A stretch of DNA of 64,000 bases from Eubacteriales bacterium (GCA_045635765.1 JAZTWH010000077.1:10369-74368); one strand, 5' to 3'; positions 46,443-56,777 are shown, numbered from the stretch's first letter. The notes: a model not told the origin generated them from the sequence alone. Numbers and translations: made by a program.

Positions 46443-47579
46443 ATGAAAATCCTGAAGAGCCTGCTTTCCCTTCTTCTTATTGCCGTATTCCTGTTAGGCA
46501 TTGCTGCCTGCGGCAAAGCCGGACAACCTTCCGATTTGCAGACAAACACAGAAAGCTCCTCCGATGCGTCCCAAACCGAAACGGACCAAGGAACTCCGGA
46601 GCCGGAGCCCGCGCCCATTCTTTACGAAAATCCTCTTACGGGCCTTCCCACGACCGTAGACACCACGAGGAAACGGCCTGCCGCCATTATGTTGAACAAT
46701 ATCAAGCAGTCCCTCCCACAGGAAGGGATCAGCGATGTGGAAATCCTTTTTGAATGTCTGGTCGAAGGAAACATTACCCGTCTGATGGGCTTGTTTTCCG
46801 ATTACGGGGCCTTGGGTGAAATCGGTTCCATCCGTTCCGCCCGTCCCTATTATTTGGACTTTGCCCAGGCCTTTGACGCCATCTTCTGCCATGCCGGAGG
46901 AAGCAACCAAGCATACGACGAGATCCGGACCCGAAAAATCAGCAACGTTGACGGAGTGCAAAAGGATCCCCTCCGGGTCTACTACCGGGACAAGGAACGG
47001 CTGAAAACCATGGACTTAGAGCATACCATGATGACCACGGGAGAGGGCATTGTCAAGAGCGTCGAGCATTTTAAATACAGAACGACCCTGAGAGATAACT
47101 TTGCCCTGCCCTTTGAGTTCCCCCAACCGGGAACCTCCGTGGCCGTGGGAACGGAGGACGCCTTACACGTCTATCTCCCCGTCTCCAGTTACCAGGTGGT
47201 AGATTACGTTTATAACACAGAAAGCAAAGAATATCTGCGGTATCAATACAACGGTCAAAGACACGTGGACGGAAATAACGATCGGCAGCTTTCCTTTACG
47301 AACGTCATCGTCCTGTTTTGCAAGACTGTAACCATAGACGACGCCGGTCGCTTGGGCATCACCACCACCGGGACGGGCAAGGGGTATTTGATCAGCCAAG
47401 GGAAATACACCCCCATCACCTGGTCCCGCACCGACCGGGACGGGAATCTGACCCTGACCGACACCGCAACGGGCTCCCCCCTCGTCATCAACCGGGGAAA
47501 AACCGCCGTTAACGTGTGTCCCTTGTCCGTAGAAAATAAAATCAATCTCAACGCCACCGATCGGATCATAAATCCGTAA
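46443..47579 (+). CDS. DUF3048 (YerB-like) lipoprotein
   Basis: Lipobox LLGIAAC|G and a low-complexity linker, then ...RPAAIMLNNIKQSLPQEGIS...IRSARPYYLDFA.... Confidence 0.8.
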   Translation: MKILKSLLSLLLIAVFLLGIAACGKAGQPSDLQTNTESSSDASQTETDQGTPEPEPAPILYENPLTGLPTTVDTTRKRPAAIMLNNIKQSLPQEGISDVEILFECLVEGNITRLMGLFSDYGALGEIGSIRSARPYYLDFAQAFDAIFCHAGGSNQAYDEIRTRKISNVDGVQKDPLRVYYRDKERLKTMDLEHTMMTTGEGIVKSVEHFKYRTTLRDNFALPFEFPQPGTSVAVGTEDALHVYLPVSSYQVVDYVYNTESKEYLRYQYNGQRHVDGNNDRQLSFTNVIVLFCKTVTIDDAGRLGITTTGTGKGYLISQGKYTPITWSRTDRDGNLTLTDTATGSPLVINRGKTAVNVCPLSVENKINLNATDRIINP

Positions 47580-47586
47580 CAAAAAA

Positions 47587-47616
47587 GAAGAGAGAGGCTT
47601 CAAGTCTCTCTCTTTT
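47587..47616. terminator. Bidirectional terminator
   Basis: AGAGAGAG-N9-CTCTCTCT flanked by A6 and TTTTCGTTT. Confidence 0.65.
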
Positions 47617-47620
47617 CGTT

Positions 47621-48379
47621 TCAAGGGATGAAAATAAGGTCCCGCTGTCCCCGGACCTCCACGGGAATACAGCGAACGCCGAATACCCGGGAGAAGACGT
47701 CGGCAGATAATAGATTTTCAGGAGAGTCAAAGGCTTGGAGGGTCCCTTCGCTCAATACCCCAAGAACGTCACAATACCGGATGGCCAAGGAGAGATCGTG
47801 AAAAACTGCAATAACGCACTTTCCGTCCTCCCGCAATACTTTCAGCTGTTCCATCAAGGACAATCGGTGAGAAATATCAAGATACGTCGTGGGCTCATCC
47901 AACAGAATGTAGGGCGTTTGCTGGGCCAGGAGAAGGGCCAGGCAGACCCTCTGCCGTTCGCCCCCGGAAAGGGAGGAAACGTACCGGCCGACCAAATGGG
48001 TTGCGTGGACGTCGGCAAGAGCTTTGCGGACTGCATCCTCATCGGTCTCGGTCATTCGCCGAGTCAACCCCAGGTAGGGGTATCTGCCCCGGGACACCAG
48101 CTCCTCCACCAAAACGGAGGGCAATGACCGGGATTGAGGGAGCAACGACAAATTCTTGGCCAACTCCTTCCGGGAATAGGAGCCGTAGGGACGTCCGTTG
48201 AGCAAAATCTGCCCCTCCCCGGGGGGATTTAATCCGCAAAGCAGGCGAATCAACGTGGTTTTTCCGCATCCGTTAGGGCCGACAATGCCATAAATCTTCC
48301 CCGGATGGAACTGTGCGTTTAACTGAGAAAATACGAGTTTCTCTCCGTAAGAAAAAGAAAGGGCTCTACATTCGATCAT
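47621..48379 (-). CDS. ABC ATPase of an iron-chelate/corrinoid-type (FecE/BtuD) importer
   Basis: GPNGCGKTT, LSGGERQRVCLALLLAQ, ILLDEPTTYLD. Confidence 0.9.
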   Translation of the reverse strand: MIECRALSFSYGEKLVFSQLNAQFHPGKIYGIVGPNGCGKTTLIRLLCGLNPPGEGQILLNGRPYGSYSRKELAKNLSLLPQSRSLPSVLVEELVSRGRYPYLGLTRRMTETDEDAVRKALADVHATHLVGRYVSSLSGGERQRVCLALLLAQQTPYILLDEPTTYLDISHRLSLMEQLKVLREDGKCVIAVFHDLSLAIRYCDVLGVLSEGTLQAFDSPENLLSADVFSRVFGVRCIPVEVRGQRDLIFIP

Positions 48380-49412
48380 ACTGTTTTCTCCCCGTCAGAA
48401 TTAAGAAAATAAAGAAGGGTCCGCCCACAAAGGAGAGGAGAATTCCCACGGGCAATTCGTAGGGGGAAAACAGCACCCGGCAGAGAAGGTCGCAGACCAA
48501 CACCAAAAGACCTCCCCCCAAAGCACTGACGGGAAGGAGCCAACGGTGATTTTGTCCCACGAACCGACGGGCGATGTGCGGAACCACAAGCCCGACGAAC
48601 CCGAGCAATCCGGAAAAGCTCACGGCAGACCCGGCCAACACACTGGCCAAACACAACAGCAACAACTGCATTCCCTTAACGTTCATCCCCAGGCTCTTGG
48701 CCGTTTCGTCCCCCAAAGAAAGGACGTCCACGTCCCGGGCCAGAAAAAGGGCCATCACCGTTCCCGGAAGAATCAACAGGCAAGCCGGAAGAATCCGACC
48801 GAAGGTCACCCCGGACAAGCCTCCGATCATGAAGGCGTCTGCATCGTAAATACTGTCGGGGTACAAGGTTTTGACGGTATTGATTCCCGCATTCAGCATG
48901 GAGCTGACGGCGATTCCCACCAACGTAACGGCCATTCGGTCCGCCCCGGTTTTCAAGGAAACGGCGTAAATGCAAAGACAGGCCGAAAGGGCACCGAGAA
49001 AGGCGGCCAGGGGCAACAGACGTATCCCTGACGGAACCACCGTCAGCATGAGAATCACCCCGAATCCCGCACCGGAATTGACGCCGATTACGTTGGACGC
49101 GGCCATGGGATTGTGAAGAACGGCCTGAATCAAAACCCCGGCTACCGCCAAGGCGGCCCCCGCAAGGAGGGCACCGCAGGCCCGGGGCAGGCGAATATAC
49201 CGAAGAATCCGGCCGTCGGGTGAATTCAAATCCCCCGAAAGCAACGCCCGAATCCCTTCCCGGGGATTCATCGGCACCGAACCGAACCAAAGGGACGCCC
49301 CAAAGGCCAGGATTACAAGTCCGATTAAAATGCACAGAAACACGGGAAGAAATTTCCCGTGTTTTTCATTGTTCCGCCCTTTGCGGGTCCATGCATTTTG
49401 CAAGATATTCAT
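48366..49412 (-). CDS. FecCD/BtuC family permease
   Basis: Polytopic with the ...RLPRACGALLAGAALAVAGVLIQ... signature. The start is uncertain: ATG 49412 and 49433 overlap the SBP gene, and an internal GTG is possible. Confidence 0.85.
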   Translation of the reverse strand: MNILQNAWTRKGRNNEKHGKFLPVFLCILIGLVILAFGASLWFGSVPMNPREGIRALLSGDLNSPDGRILRYIRLPRACGALLAGAALAVAGVLIQAVLHNPMAASNVIGVNSGAGFGVILMLTVVPSGIRLLPLAAFLGALSACLCIYAVSLKTGADRMAVTLVGIAVSSMLNAGINTVKTLYPDSIYDADAFMIGGLSGVTFGRILPACLLILPGTVMALFLARDVDVLSLGDETAKSLGMNVKGMQLLLLCLASVLAGSAVSFSGLLGFVGLVVPHIARRFVGQNHRWLLPVSALGGGLLVLVCDLLCRVLFSPYELPVGILLSFVGGPFFIFLILTGRKQYDRM

Positions 49413-50319
49413 AGCTTTCCGCCCACCGTTCATTGGGTTTATAGTGAAACAAGTCTTTTGGAAGCATAAAGCACTTCCCCGTTTTTACCGCAGTAAGGCC
49501 GGCCCAGGCCGGATGCTGCTCCACGTTGTACCGAAAAAATTCCTCCGCCACGGTGGGATTCCCCATGGCAAGGCAAAAAATATAATCGGGATCCTCCCGT
49601 ATGATTTTCTCCATGCTCAGATCTTCCAGCAACGAGGGTTCCTTGTCCGCAAGATTGACTAAGCCCAGATCGTTCAAAATCTGTCCGGCCAAATTATCTT
49701 CCCCCTTGGCCTTCATTCCCCCGGAATACACCCGCAGAAGCAACACGGACCGTCGGCCGTTTTGGGGAATGGATGCCAACAGGCGGTCAATCTTGGCCTC
49801 CACGTCAAGAACGTGGGTTTGGTACAGATCCTCACGGCCGTTGACGGCACAAAACTGTTGCATCATTTCTTTGTAGTCGGAAAAGTTGTCCACGCGGAAA
49901 TAGCCGCAGGGAATCCCCGCAGAGGTCAAGGCATCCCGCAGCTGCAAATGTGCTGCAAGATCCGCCGAAAGAATCACGTAATCGGGATTCAAGGCCATGA
50001 CCTGCTCCAAATTCACGTGTTTCACAGACCCCACGACGGACACCTCCCCCGCCGGGACGATTCCTTCCTCCACCCCATCCTCGGTCACGCCGACCAGGGT
50101 TCCCCCGGACAGGAGCCAACAATCGGCAAAGGACCCGTAACAGGAAACCACCCGGGCCCCCGGGAAAAGGGAGACGGAAGTCCCCAAAGCGTCGGACACA
50201 AGAACTTTCCCTTTGGAAGGTTCGGAAGGGTCTCCCGATCCTCCGGCCTCTTCCCTGCCGCAGGAAAACAACGGCAGAGTCAACAGGACCGCAAGGAAAA
50301 CCGTAAGAACTTTTTTCAT
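49366..50319 (-). CDS. Periplasmic-binding-protein type (FecB/BtuF-like) substrate-binding lipoprotein
   Basis: Lipobox LPLFSC|G, followed by ...PDYVILSADL... and ...AWAGLTAVKTGKCFMLPKDLF.... Confidence 0.85.
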   Translation of the reverse strand: MKKVLTVFLAVLLTLPLFSCGREEAGGSGDPSEPSKGKVLVSDALGTSVSLFPGARVVSCYGSFADCWLLSGGTLVGVTEDGVEEGIVPAGEVSVVGSVKHVNLEQVMALNPDYVILSADLAAHLQLRDALTSAGIPCGYFRVDNFSDYKEMMQQFCAVNGREDLYQTHVLDVEAKIDRLLASIPQNGRRSVLLLRVYSGGMKAKGEDNLAGQILNDLGLVNLADKEPSLLEDLSMEKIIREDPDYIFCLAMGNPTVAEEFFRYNVEQHPAWAGLTAVKTGKCFMLPKDLFHYKPNERWAESYEYLAKCMDPQRAEQ

Positions 50320-51086
50320 ACCGGGAGTTGAATGGGAGCAGAAAGAATGGCGTCCTTCCGCTTCAGAAGATCATCGGAAAAGAGAGCCGCTTCCAGCCGG
50401 TCCGCACCGATCCGGTCGATGGCTTTCCCCAGACGCTCCTTGGCGTACGCGTTCTCCTTAAACCAAAGAATGGTTTTTTCCAAAATGGGAAGGATCTCTT
50501 CAGCCTCCACAAGGCGGGACAACGCCGTCCCCATTCGGGTGGTCTTTCCCCAGGTTCCTCCGACGTAAATCTGATAAAGGGCATCCTTCCGACCGGGGAC
50601 ACGGCGGCCTTCGATGCCGAAGTCGTTCAAGGAAGGCTTCATACAGCTGTTCGGGCATCCGCCGACGCCTATTTTAAATTTATGGGGCAATTCCACCCTG
50701 CTCCAGCCCCGGTAAAAGGTTTCGTGAATTTCCTTCGCAAGACCTTGGGTATCGTAACAACCGAACACGCAGGTAGTTCCCTTGCAAGCCGTAACGGGGC
50801 GGATCTTCGGGCCGGTTCCGCCAAAGGACAATCCGTGCTCCAAGGCAAAGCCCTCCGCCTTCGGAATATCATCAAAGGCAATCCCAGGGATTTCAATGCA
50901 TTGACGGCTGGTGGGGATTAACACTCCGTTGCCGTAGGTCTCAGCGAGGGTTGCCATATCCCGTATATTTTGCACCGTGAACACCGTTCCGGGGGCAAGC
51001 ATCCGGCCGGAAAAGCAGTCGGTTCCCCGATTCCGCAAAAAGCCCCTCTTCTTTACGGAATTGATCTGTTCCGAGGTCAACGCCAT
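50316..51086 (-). CDS. Small nitrite/sulfite-reductase-like protein (4Fe-4S/siroheme-binding domain type)
   Basis: 256 aa with Cys clusters ...VTACKGTTCVFGC... and ...GVGGCPNSCMKP..., typical of NIR_SIR domains. ATGA overlap with the SBP gene. Confidence 0.7.
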   Translation of the reverse strand: MALTSEQINSVKKRGFLRNRGTDCFSGRMLAPGTVFTVQNIRDMATLAETYGNGVLIPTSRQCIEIPGIAFDDIPKAEGFALEHGLSFGGTGPKIRPVTACKGTTCVFGCYDTQGLAKEIHETFYRGWSRVELPHKFKIGVGGCPNSCMKPSLNDFGIEGRRVPGRKDALYQIYVGGTWGKTTRMGTALSRLVEAEEILPILEKTILWFKENAYAKERLGKAIDRIGADRLEAALFSDDLLKRKDAILSAPIQLPV

Positions 51087-51118
51087 GATAAAATCTCCTT
51101 AAGTCAGTTAATTCTTTT

Positions 51119-51163
51119 ATTATAGTATAATTCCCGGGAACCGTCAAGAGGACCCCGGGAATT
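51119..51163 (-). promoter_or_regulatory. Promoter of the reductase-like/uptake operon with a 10-bp inverted repeat bracketing the -35 box
   Basis: Minus strand reads TTGACG-17 nt-TATAAT. AATTCCCGGG (51129-51138) and CCCGGGAATT (51154-51163) flank the -35. Confidence 0.6.
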
Positions 51164-51270
51164 GTTCGCAAAAGATTAAAATTTTCGGATATCTCTCAAA
51201 AATGAGCATCGGCGGGGACGGAATCCTCGGTTCTTTGCCTCGAAATCAAAGCTCCTCGTGTCAAAAAACT

Positions 51271-51939
51271 CTATTTCCACAGCATAAATCCGATGGTATT
51301 GATCGCAAAGTTGGTAAACATATGGACCACCCAGGAAACGAAGACCGTGTTATATTTCTCGTTCAAAAAGTTGAAAATGGCACCCCCGACCGCAAGGCCC
51401 GCAAGGACCAGCAAAAACAAGGGGAAGGAAAACCATCCCATCATCATGGCCGTATGGTACAGAGAAAAGAGGAGGGAACTGAACAGATAAGCAAAGCCCC
51501 GGTTTACGGAGTGCTTCAGATTGGTGAACACGAACCCCCGAAAGAAAAATTCCTCCAGCAGAGAATTTACAAAGGAAATGTACAGGGACACAAAGAGAAA
51601 ATTGTTTGCCGTAATTCCCGCATTTTCCGTCAAAGACCCCACGATATTGGAAAAATCAAAGTAAGGCGAGAGCAGAAAGTATCCGCCCAAAATTACTCCG
51701 AACAATGCAATTCCCAGGGGAAATGCAACCAAAAGGCCCTTCTTGTTGGGACGAAAAAGGGATCGGTAGACCACCTCCGGATTCAAGAAAGAGCACAGAA
51801 AAGGAAAAATCAAAAACAGAGCGATCTTTACCGCCGATTTCACCCCATACCCCGGCATCCAGACCCCGTCCACCAAGGTCATGGCACCGCAACAAGCCAA
51901 CGAAACCAACAAAACGGACACCGCCGCTTTTTTTCTCAT
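51271..51939 (-). CDS. CPBP family intramembrane glutamic endopeptidase (CAAX protease-like)
   Basis: Motifs LLEEFFFRGF, SLYHTAMM and VVHMFTNF. GGAGG RBS. Confidence 0.85.
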   Translation of the reverse strand: MRKKAAVSVLLVSLACCGAMTLVDGVWMPGYGVKSAVKIALFLIFPFLCSFLNPEVVYRSLFRPNKKGLLVAFPLGIALFGVILGGYFLLSPYFDFSNIVGSLTENAGITANNFLFVSLYISFVNSLLEEFFFRGFVFTNLKHSVNRGFAYLFSSLLFSLYHTAMMMGWFSFPLFLLVLAGLAVGGAIFNFLNEKYNTVFVSWVVHMFTNFAINTIGFMLWK

Positions 51940-52023
51940 CAGGCCGCCTCCTTTCTTTTACATAAGGGTAAAAAATGCTAAAAAATATTTCTTTTGTTGA
52001 ATTTATCTTAAAATTTAAAACCG

Positions 52024-52473
52024 TCAACACTCCCTTTCTTCCAGGGGAGACTTAAGGAGATTCCAACGGAAATGGGCCGCCAGCAGCCGAAGGACCACCA
52101 CCGCCACAGCTCCGACGATCATCGACAGAGTTCCGTCCAGGACCTTCCACAAAAGCACGCAAACTACCGCACCTGTAAGGGAGACACAGGTGTAGATATG
52201 CTTTACAAAAATATACGGCGTCTGCCCGGCCAACATGTCCCGCAAAACCCAGCCTCCGACTTCGGTAATAACGCCGATGAAAACCAAGAAGACTCCTTCT
52301 TGCCCAGAATTATAGGCAGTTCAAATCCCGAATCATCCCCCGCGCGACGGGAACCAGCCCCAGAATCGCAACGCCAAAAATGTTCATCCCCTTCCGCAAT
52401 CCAACCATTGAACCGGAAACGGCAAAGGCTACGGTTCCCAAATTTCCATAAAGAACAACAATTGCTCCGGCAC
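52024..52473 (-). pseudogene. Decayed TRIC/UPF0126 (YadS-type) membrane channel gene: at least two frameshifts and loss of the central TM3-TM4 region
   Basis: Frame A reads GTG-PEQLLFFMEIW-stop. Shifting one frame gives LGTVAFAVSGSMVGLRKGMNIFGVAILGLV...GMIRD-stop, and another shift gives ELPIILGKKE. The third frame (the 87-aa ORF) reads VFIGVITEVGGWVLRDMLAGQTPYIFVKHIY...VLRLLAAHFRWNL. The two GG-x-(I/L)RD motifs lie ~27 codons apart, against roughly 85 in intact family members as I recall them. Confidence 0.55.
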
Positions 52474-52509
52474 GTTCTTTTCCCCTTTTTAAAACTCCGT
52501 GCTTTCTTC

Positions 52510-52538
52510 ATTATACCTTGAACGGAGAATAAAATCAA
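52510..52538 (-). promoter_or_regulatory. Promoter upstream of the decayed TRIC gene
   Basis: Minus strand reads TTGATT-17 nt-TATAAT. Confidence 0.45.
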
Positions 52539-52775
52539 GACAGCGAAGGGAAATGTGCAAGAAATGTAAAAAACAACGGCATTGTGTCTCAAAAAGAGCC
52601 GTTGCCAAATTTTGCATTTTTGTTGAACTTCACGTTTTATATCGCAACGGCATCGTCAGGGGGGGGCTTCCCTAAAAAATTCGGTTAAAACATGAGTCAA
52701 AATTTTTCCAAAAAACGAAGCACGGTCCCGTCCTTTTTCTTGTTTGTCTTTTTTCTGACAAAACCGTGGGACATC

Positions 52776-52804
52776 TTGACTTTTTGCGACAACGCTATTA
52801 TAAT
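52776..52804 (+). promoter_or_regulatory. Promoter of the glycan biosynthesis locus
   Basis: TTGACT-17 nt-TATAAT, leaving a ~115-nt leader before the GTG at 52925. It lies inside the track's N-terminal ORF extension. Confidence 0.7.
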
Positions 52805-52924
52805 ATATATGTGTTTATTATAATATTTGTCTCGCCCCTTCTCTCAGCCCCCCGAATTTCCCCTTTTCAGACAATCCCCACCCTTTATATAGCGGCGAAA
52901 AAACAACAGAAAGGACCGAAGCCC

Positions 52925-54865
52925 GTGGCAAAGTTAGCTCATCCCATCAGTGCAAAGAAACGAAGCATTCTTTTAATCTTGATTGACACGATGTTTTGTC
53001 TGATCGTGAACAGCGTATATTTTCTCCTCTCCGTATTTGCTCCCAGCGTTCCTTTGGAGGGGAACCTTTTTATGCTTGCATTCAATACCGCATTGACGGC
53101 ATTCTTCATCGTGGTCTTTCGAATCTTTTTCGGAAACTACTCCAACATTTGGAGATTCACGAACACCCGGGCCTACCTGTCCATGATCATCTCCGACTGC
53201 TTGAGTTGTATTGCTTCCTGGATTGTTTCCCGGTGCTTTTCCCAATCCATCGGTGTCCCCTATTTCATTACGGTAACGGCCCTGACCAGTCTTCTTTCCC
53301 TGGCCTCCCGCTTCAGCTACCGGCTGCTTTACAAGCACAAGCGGAACAAACGCAATGAGGGAATCATGAAAAAAGTGCGGGTTGCAATTATCGGCGCCGG
53401 ACAGTTGGGGGCCTTTTTGGTCAACGAACTGCAAGGGAATCAAAATTCCGTCTATCAGCCCATGTGCTTTATTGACGTGGACAAATCAAAGATCGGGAGC
53501 AACCTCTGCGGTCTGCCCGTAATCGGGGAAAAAAACGTACAAAACGCCATTGACGAATATGAAGTGCAGGAAGTCATCATTGCAATCGCAAGCAATGACG
53601 AGATCGTGAACCAAGTTTATCAACGCTACGTCCAATTCGGACAGAGAGTCAAGATTTACGACCTTCCCGTCTCGGAAAAGACCCACGGAGAACGGATCGG
53701 CAACCGCATCATCCGGGACTTCTCCATTGAAGACCTTCTGTTCCGCAAGCCCCTTCAATTGGAAAACGCCTCGGCCTCCATTTACGCAGAAGCCACGGTC
53801 CTTGTCACGGGAGGAGGCGGATCCATCGGCAGTGAACTGTGCCGTCAGATTGCCGAATGTAAACCAAAGCAGTTGATCATTTTCGACATTTATGAGAACA
53901 TCGCCTACGACATTCAGCAGGAATTGATCTGCAAATACGGGGACAGCCTCAACCTTGCCGTGGAGATCGGCTCGGTACGGGATCGGGACCGGCTGGAATG
54001 TATTTTCAAAAATTACCGTCCCGATATCGTATTCCATGCCGCGGCACATAAGCACGTTCCCTTAATGGAGCATAGCGGCGGAGAAGCCATAAAGAACAAC
54101 GTCCTGGGAACCTACAACACCGCAGATATGGCGGAAAAGTACGGAGCACGCCGCTTTGTCCTGATCTCGACGGACAAGGCCGTAAATCCCACGAATATTA
54201 TGGGTGCGTCCAAACGCCTGTGCGAAATGGTGGTACAAAGCCGCATTGACAGTGACACCTGCTTTACGGCGGTCCGCTTCGGAAACGTTCTCGGATCCAA
54301 CGGGTCGGTCATTCCCCTGTTCCGCCGTCAGATCGAAACCGGGGGACCCATTACCATTACGGACAAAAGAATCATCCGTTATTTTATGACGATTCCGGAG
54401 GCCAGTCAGCTGGACATGAGCGCAGGCTCCTTTGCAAAGCGGGGAGAACTTTTTGTTTTGAATATGGGCAAGCCCGTAAAAATCTACGATCTTGCCGTCA
54501 ACATGATCCGAATGATGGGCCTGGAGCCGGATAAGGACATCGAAATCCAAGAGATCGGACTCCGTCCCGGCGAAAAACTGTTTGAAGAACTGCTGATGAA
54601 GAATGAAAATCAGATCCAAACGGAAAACAGCATGATCTTCATCGAACAAGACAAGCCCTTTTCCCGACAGGAAGTGGATGAAAAGATCCGGATTCTTCTT
54701 GATGCGGTGGAAAAATCCAAGGAGGATTTGAACTCGGACAAGGTCCGGGAGGCCGTTAAGCAAACGGTTCCTACCTACATCGATCCCTTGGAGGCCAACA
54801 AAAACGCAGCACAGTCGGACGAAATGAAAGCCGCTGACGACAACCGACAGGACGAAGAAAACTGA
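52925..54865 (+). CDS. Membrane-bound UDP-GlcNAc 4,6-dehydratase (CapD/PglF/WbpM family)
   Basis: Four N-terminal TM helices, then Rossmann motifs ...RVAIIGAGQLG... and ...VLVTGGGGSIGSEL...YGASKRLCE.... Start proposed at GTG 52925 (AAAGGA 9 nt upstream). Confidence 0.88.
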   Translation: MAKLAHPISAKKRSILLILIDTMFCLIVNSVYFLLSVFAPSVPLEGNLFMLAFNTALTAFFIVVFRIFFGNYSNIWRFTNTRAYLSMIISDCLSCIASWIVSRCFSQSIGVPYFITVTALTSLLSLASRFSYRLLYKHKRNKRNEGIMKKVRVAIIGAGQLGAFLVNELQGNQNSVYQPMCFIDVDKSKIGSNLCGLPVIGEKNVQNAIDEYEVQEVIIAIASNDEIVNQVYQRYVQFGQRVKIYDLPVSEKTHGERIGNRIIRDFSIEDLLFRKPLQLENASASIYAEATVLVTGGGGSIGSELCRQIAECKPKQLIIFDIYENIAYDIQQELICKYGDSLNLAVEIGSVRDRDRLECIFKNYRPDIVFHAAAHKHVPLMEHSGGEAIKNNVLGTYNTADMAEKYGARRFVLISTDKAVNPTNIMGASKRLCEMVVQSRIDSDTCFTAVRFGNVLGSNGSVIPLFRRQIETGGPITITDKRIIRYFMTIPEASQLDMSAGSFAKRGELFVLNMGKPVKIYDLAVNMIRMMGLEPDKDIEIQEIGLRPGEKLFEELLMKNENQIQTENSMIFIEQDKPFSRQEVDEKIRILLDAVEKSKEDLNSDKVREAVKQTVPTYIDPLEANKNAAQSDEMKAADDNRQDEEN

Positions 54866-54906
54866 TTTTCCCGAAAAATAAAAACAGAACTGCAACGAGG
54901 TCGTTT

Positions 54907-56112
<1,206 letters not shown>

Positions 56113-56122
56113 GGAGGCTCCA

Positions 56123-56758
56123 ATGTACAAAGGTTTCTTTAAAAGACTGCTCGATATTGTTTTTGCATTGTTGGCGATGCCCTTTGTGTTGCTGGCCATC
56201 GTAATCTTTGCCCCGATTATTTATTTCACCGACAAAGGACCTGTTTTTTACAACGCCGAACGGGTGGGGAAAGACGGAAAGCCCTTCAAGATGTACAAAC
56301 TAAGAAGCATGCTCGTCAACGCCCCGGACATCCGCTTATCCGACGGATCCACGTACAACGGGGAGGACGATCCCAGGGTGACTCCCGTCGGCCGGTTTAT
56401 TCGCAAAACCAGCATTGACGAGCTTCCTCAAATCATAAACGTTCTCCAGGGACGCATGAGCTGGATCGGACCTCGTCCCGACCCCCTTGACTGGCTGAAA
56501 CGGTATCCGGAAGACATTAAGGTATTCTTAACGGTCAGACCGGGAATTACGGGATACAGCCAAGCCTATTACCGAAACAGTGCCGACGGCATTGAGAAAA
56601 TGAACCACGACGCATATTACGCCAAAAACTGCTCCTTCGCCCTGGACCTGAAGATTCTGTTCAGAACCGTTTTGGTGGTATTAAAGGGAGAAAATACGTA
56701 TAAGGACACGACCCGCGAAAACGATGCCGAAAAAGAGGCCATGGACTTAAGAAAGTAA
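56123..56758 (+). CDS. Small monotopic phosphoglycosyl transferase (PglC/WbaP C-terminal type, initiating sugar-1-P transferase)
   Basis: MYKGFFKRLLDIVFALLAMPFVLLAIVIFAPIIYFTDKGPVFYNAERVGKDGKPFKMYKLRSM...DELPQIINVLQGRMSWIGPRP. Confidence 0.9.
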   Translation: MYKGFFKRLLDIVFALLAMPFVLLAIVIFAPIIYFTDKGPVFYNAERVGKDGKPFKMYKLRSMLVNAPDIRLSDGSTYNGEDDPRVTPVGRFIRKTSIDELPQIINVLQGRMSWIGPRPDPLDWLKRYPEDIKVFLTVRPGITGYSQAYYRNSADGIEKMNHDAYYAKNCSFALDLKILFRTVLVVLKGENTYKDTTRENDAEKEAMDLRK

Positions 56759-56777
56759 AATCGGAGTCTGGAATAGT

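Noticed and set aside
51087-51170. Cobalamin riboswitch expected upstream of a BtuF/FecB-type uptake operon
   Set aside because: Only about 30 nt separate the predicted transcription start from the ATG. That is far too short for a B12 element, and no B12-box-like sequence was seen.
52766-52924. N-terminal 53 codons of the capD-like ORF as given in the track (GTG at 52766)
   Set aside because: This stretch contains the TTGACT-17-TATAAT promoter and an AT-rich leader. The dehydratase family begins with a basic segment followed by TM helices, which fits the GTG at 52925.
52600-52925. Invertible (phase-variable) promoter for the glycan locus
   Set aside because: No inverted repeats flank the promoter, and no recombinase gene is nearby.
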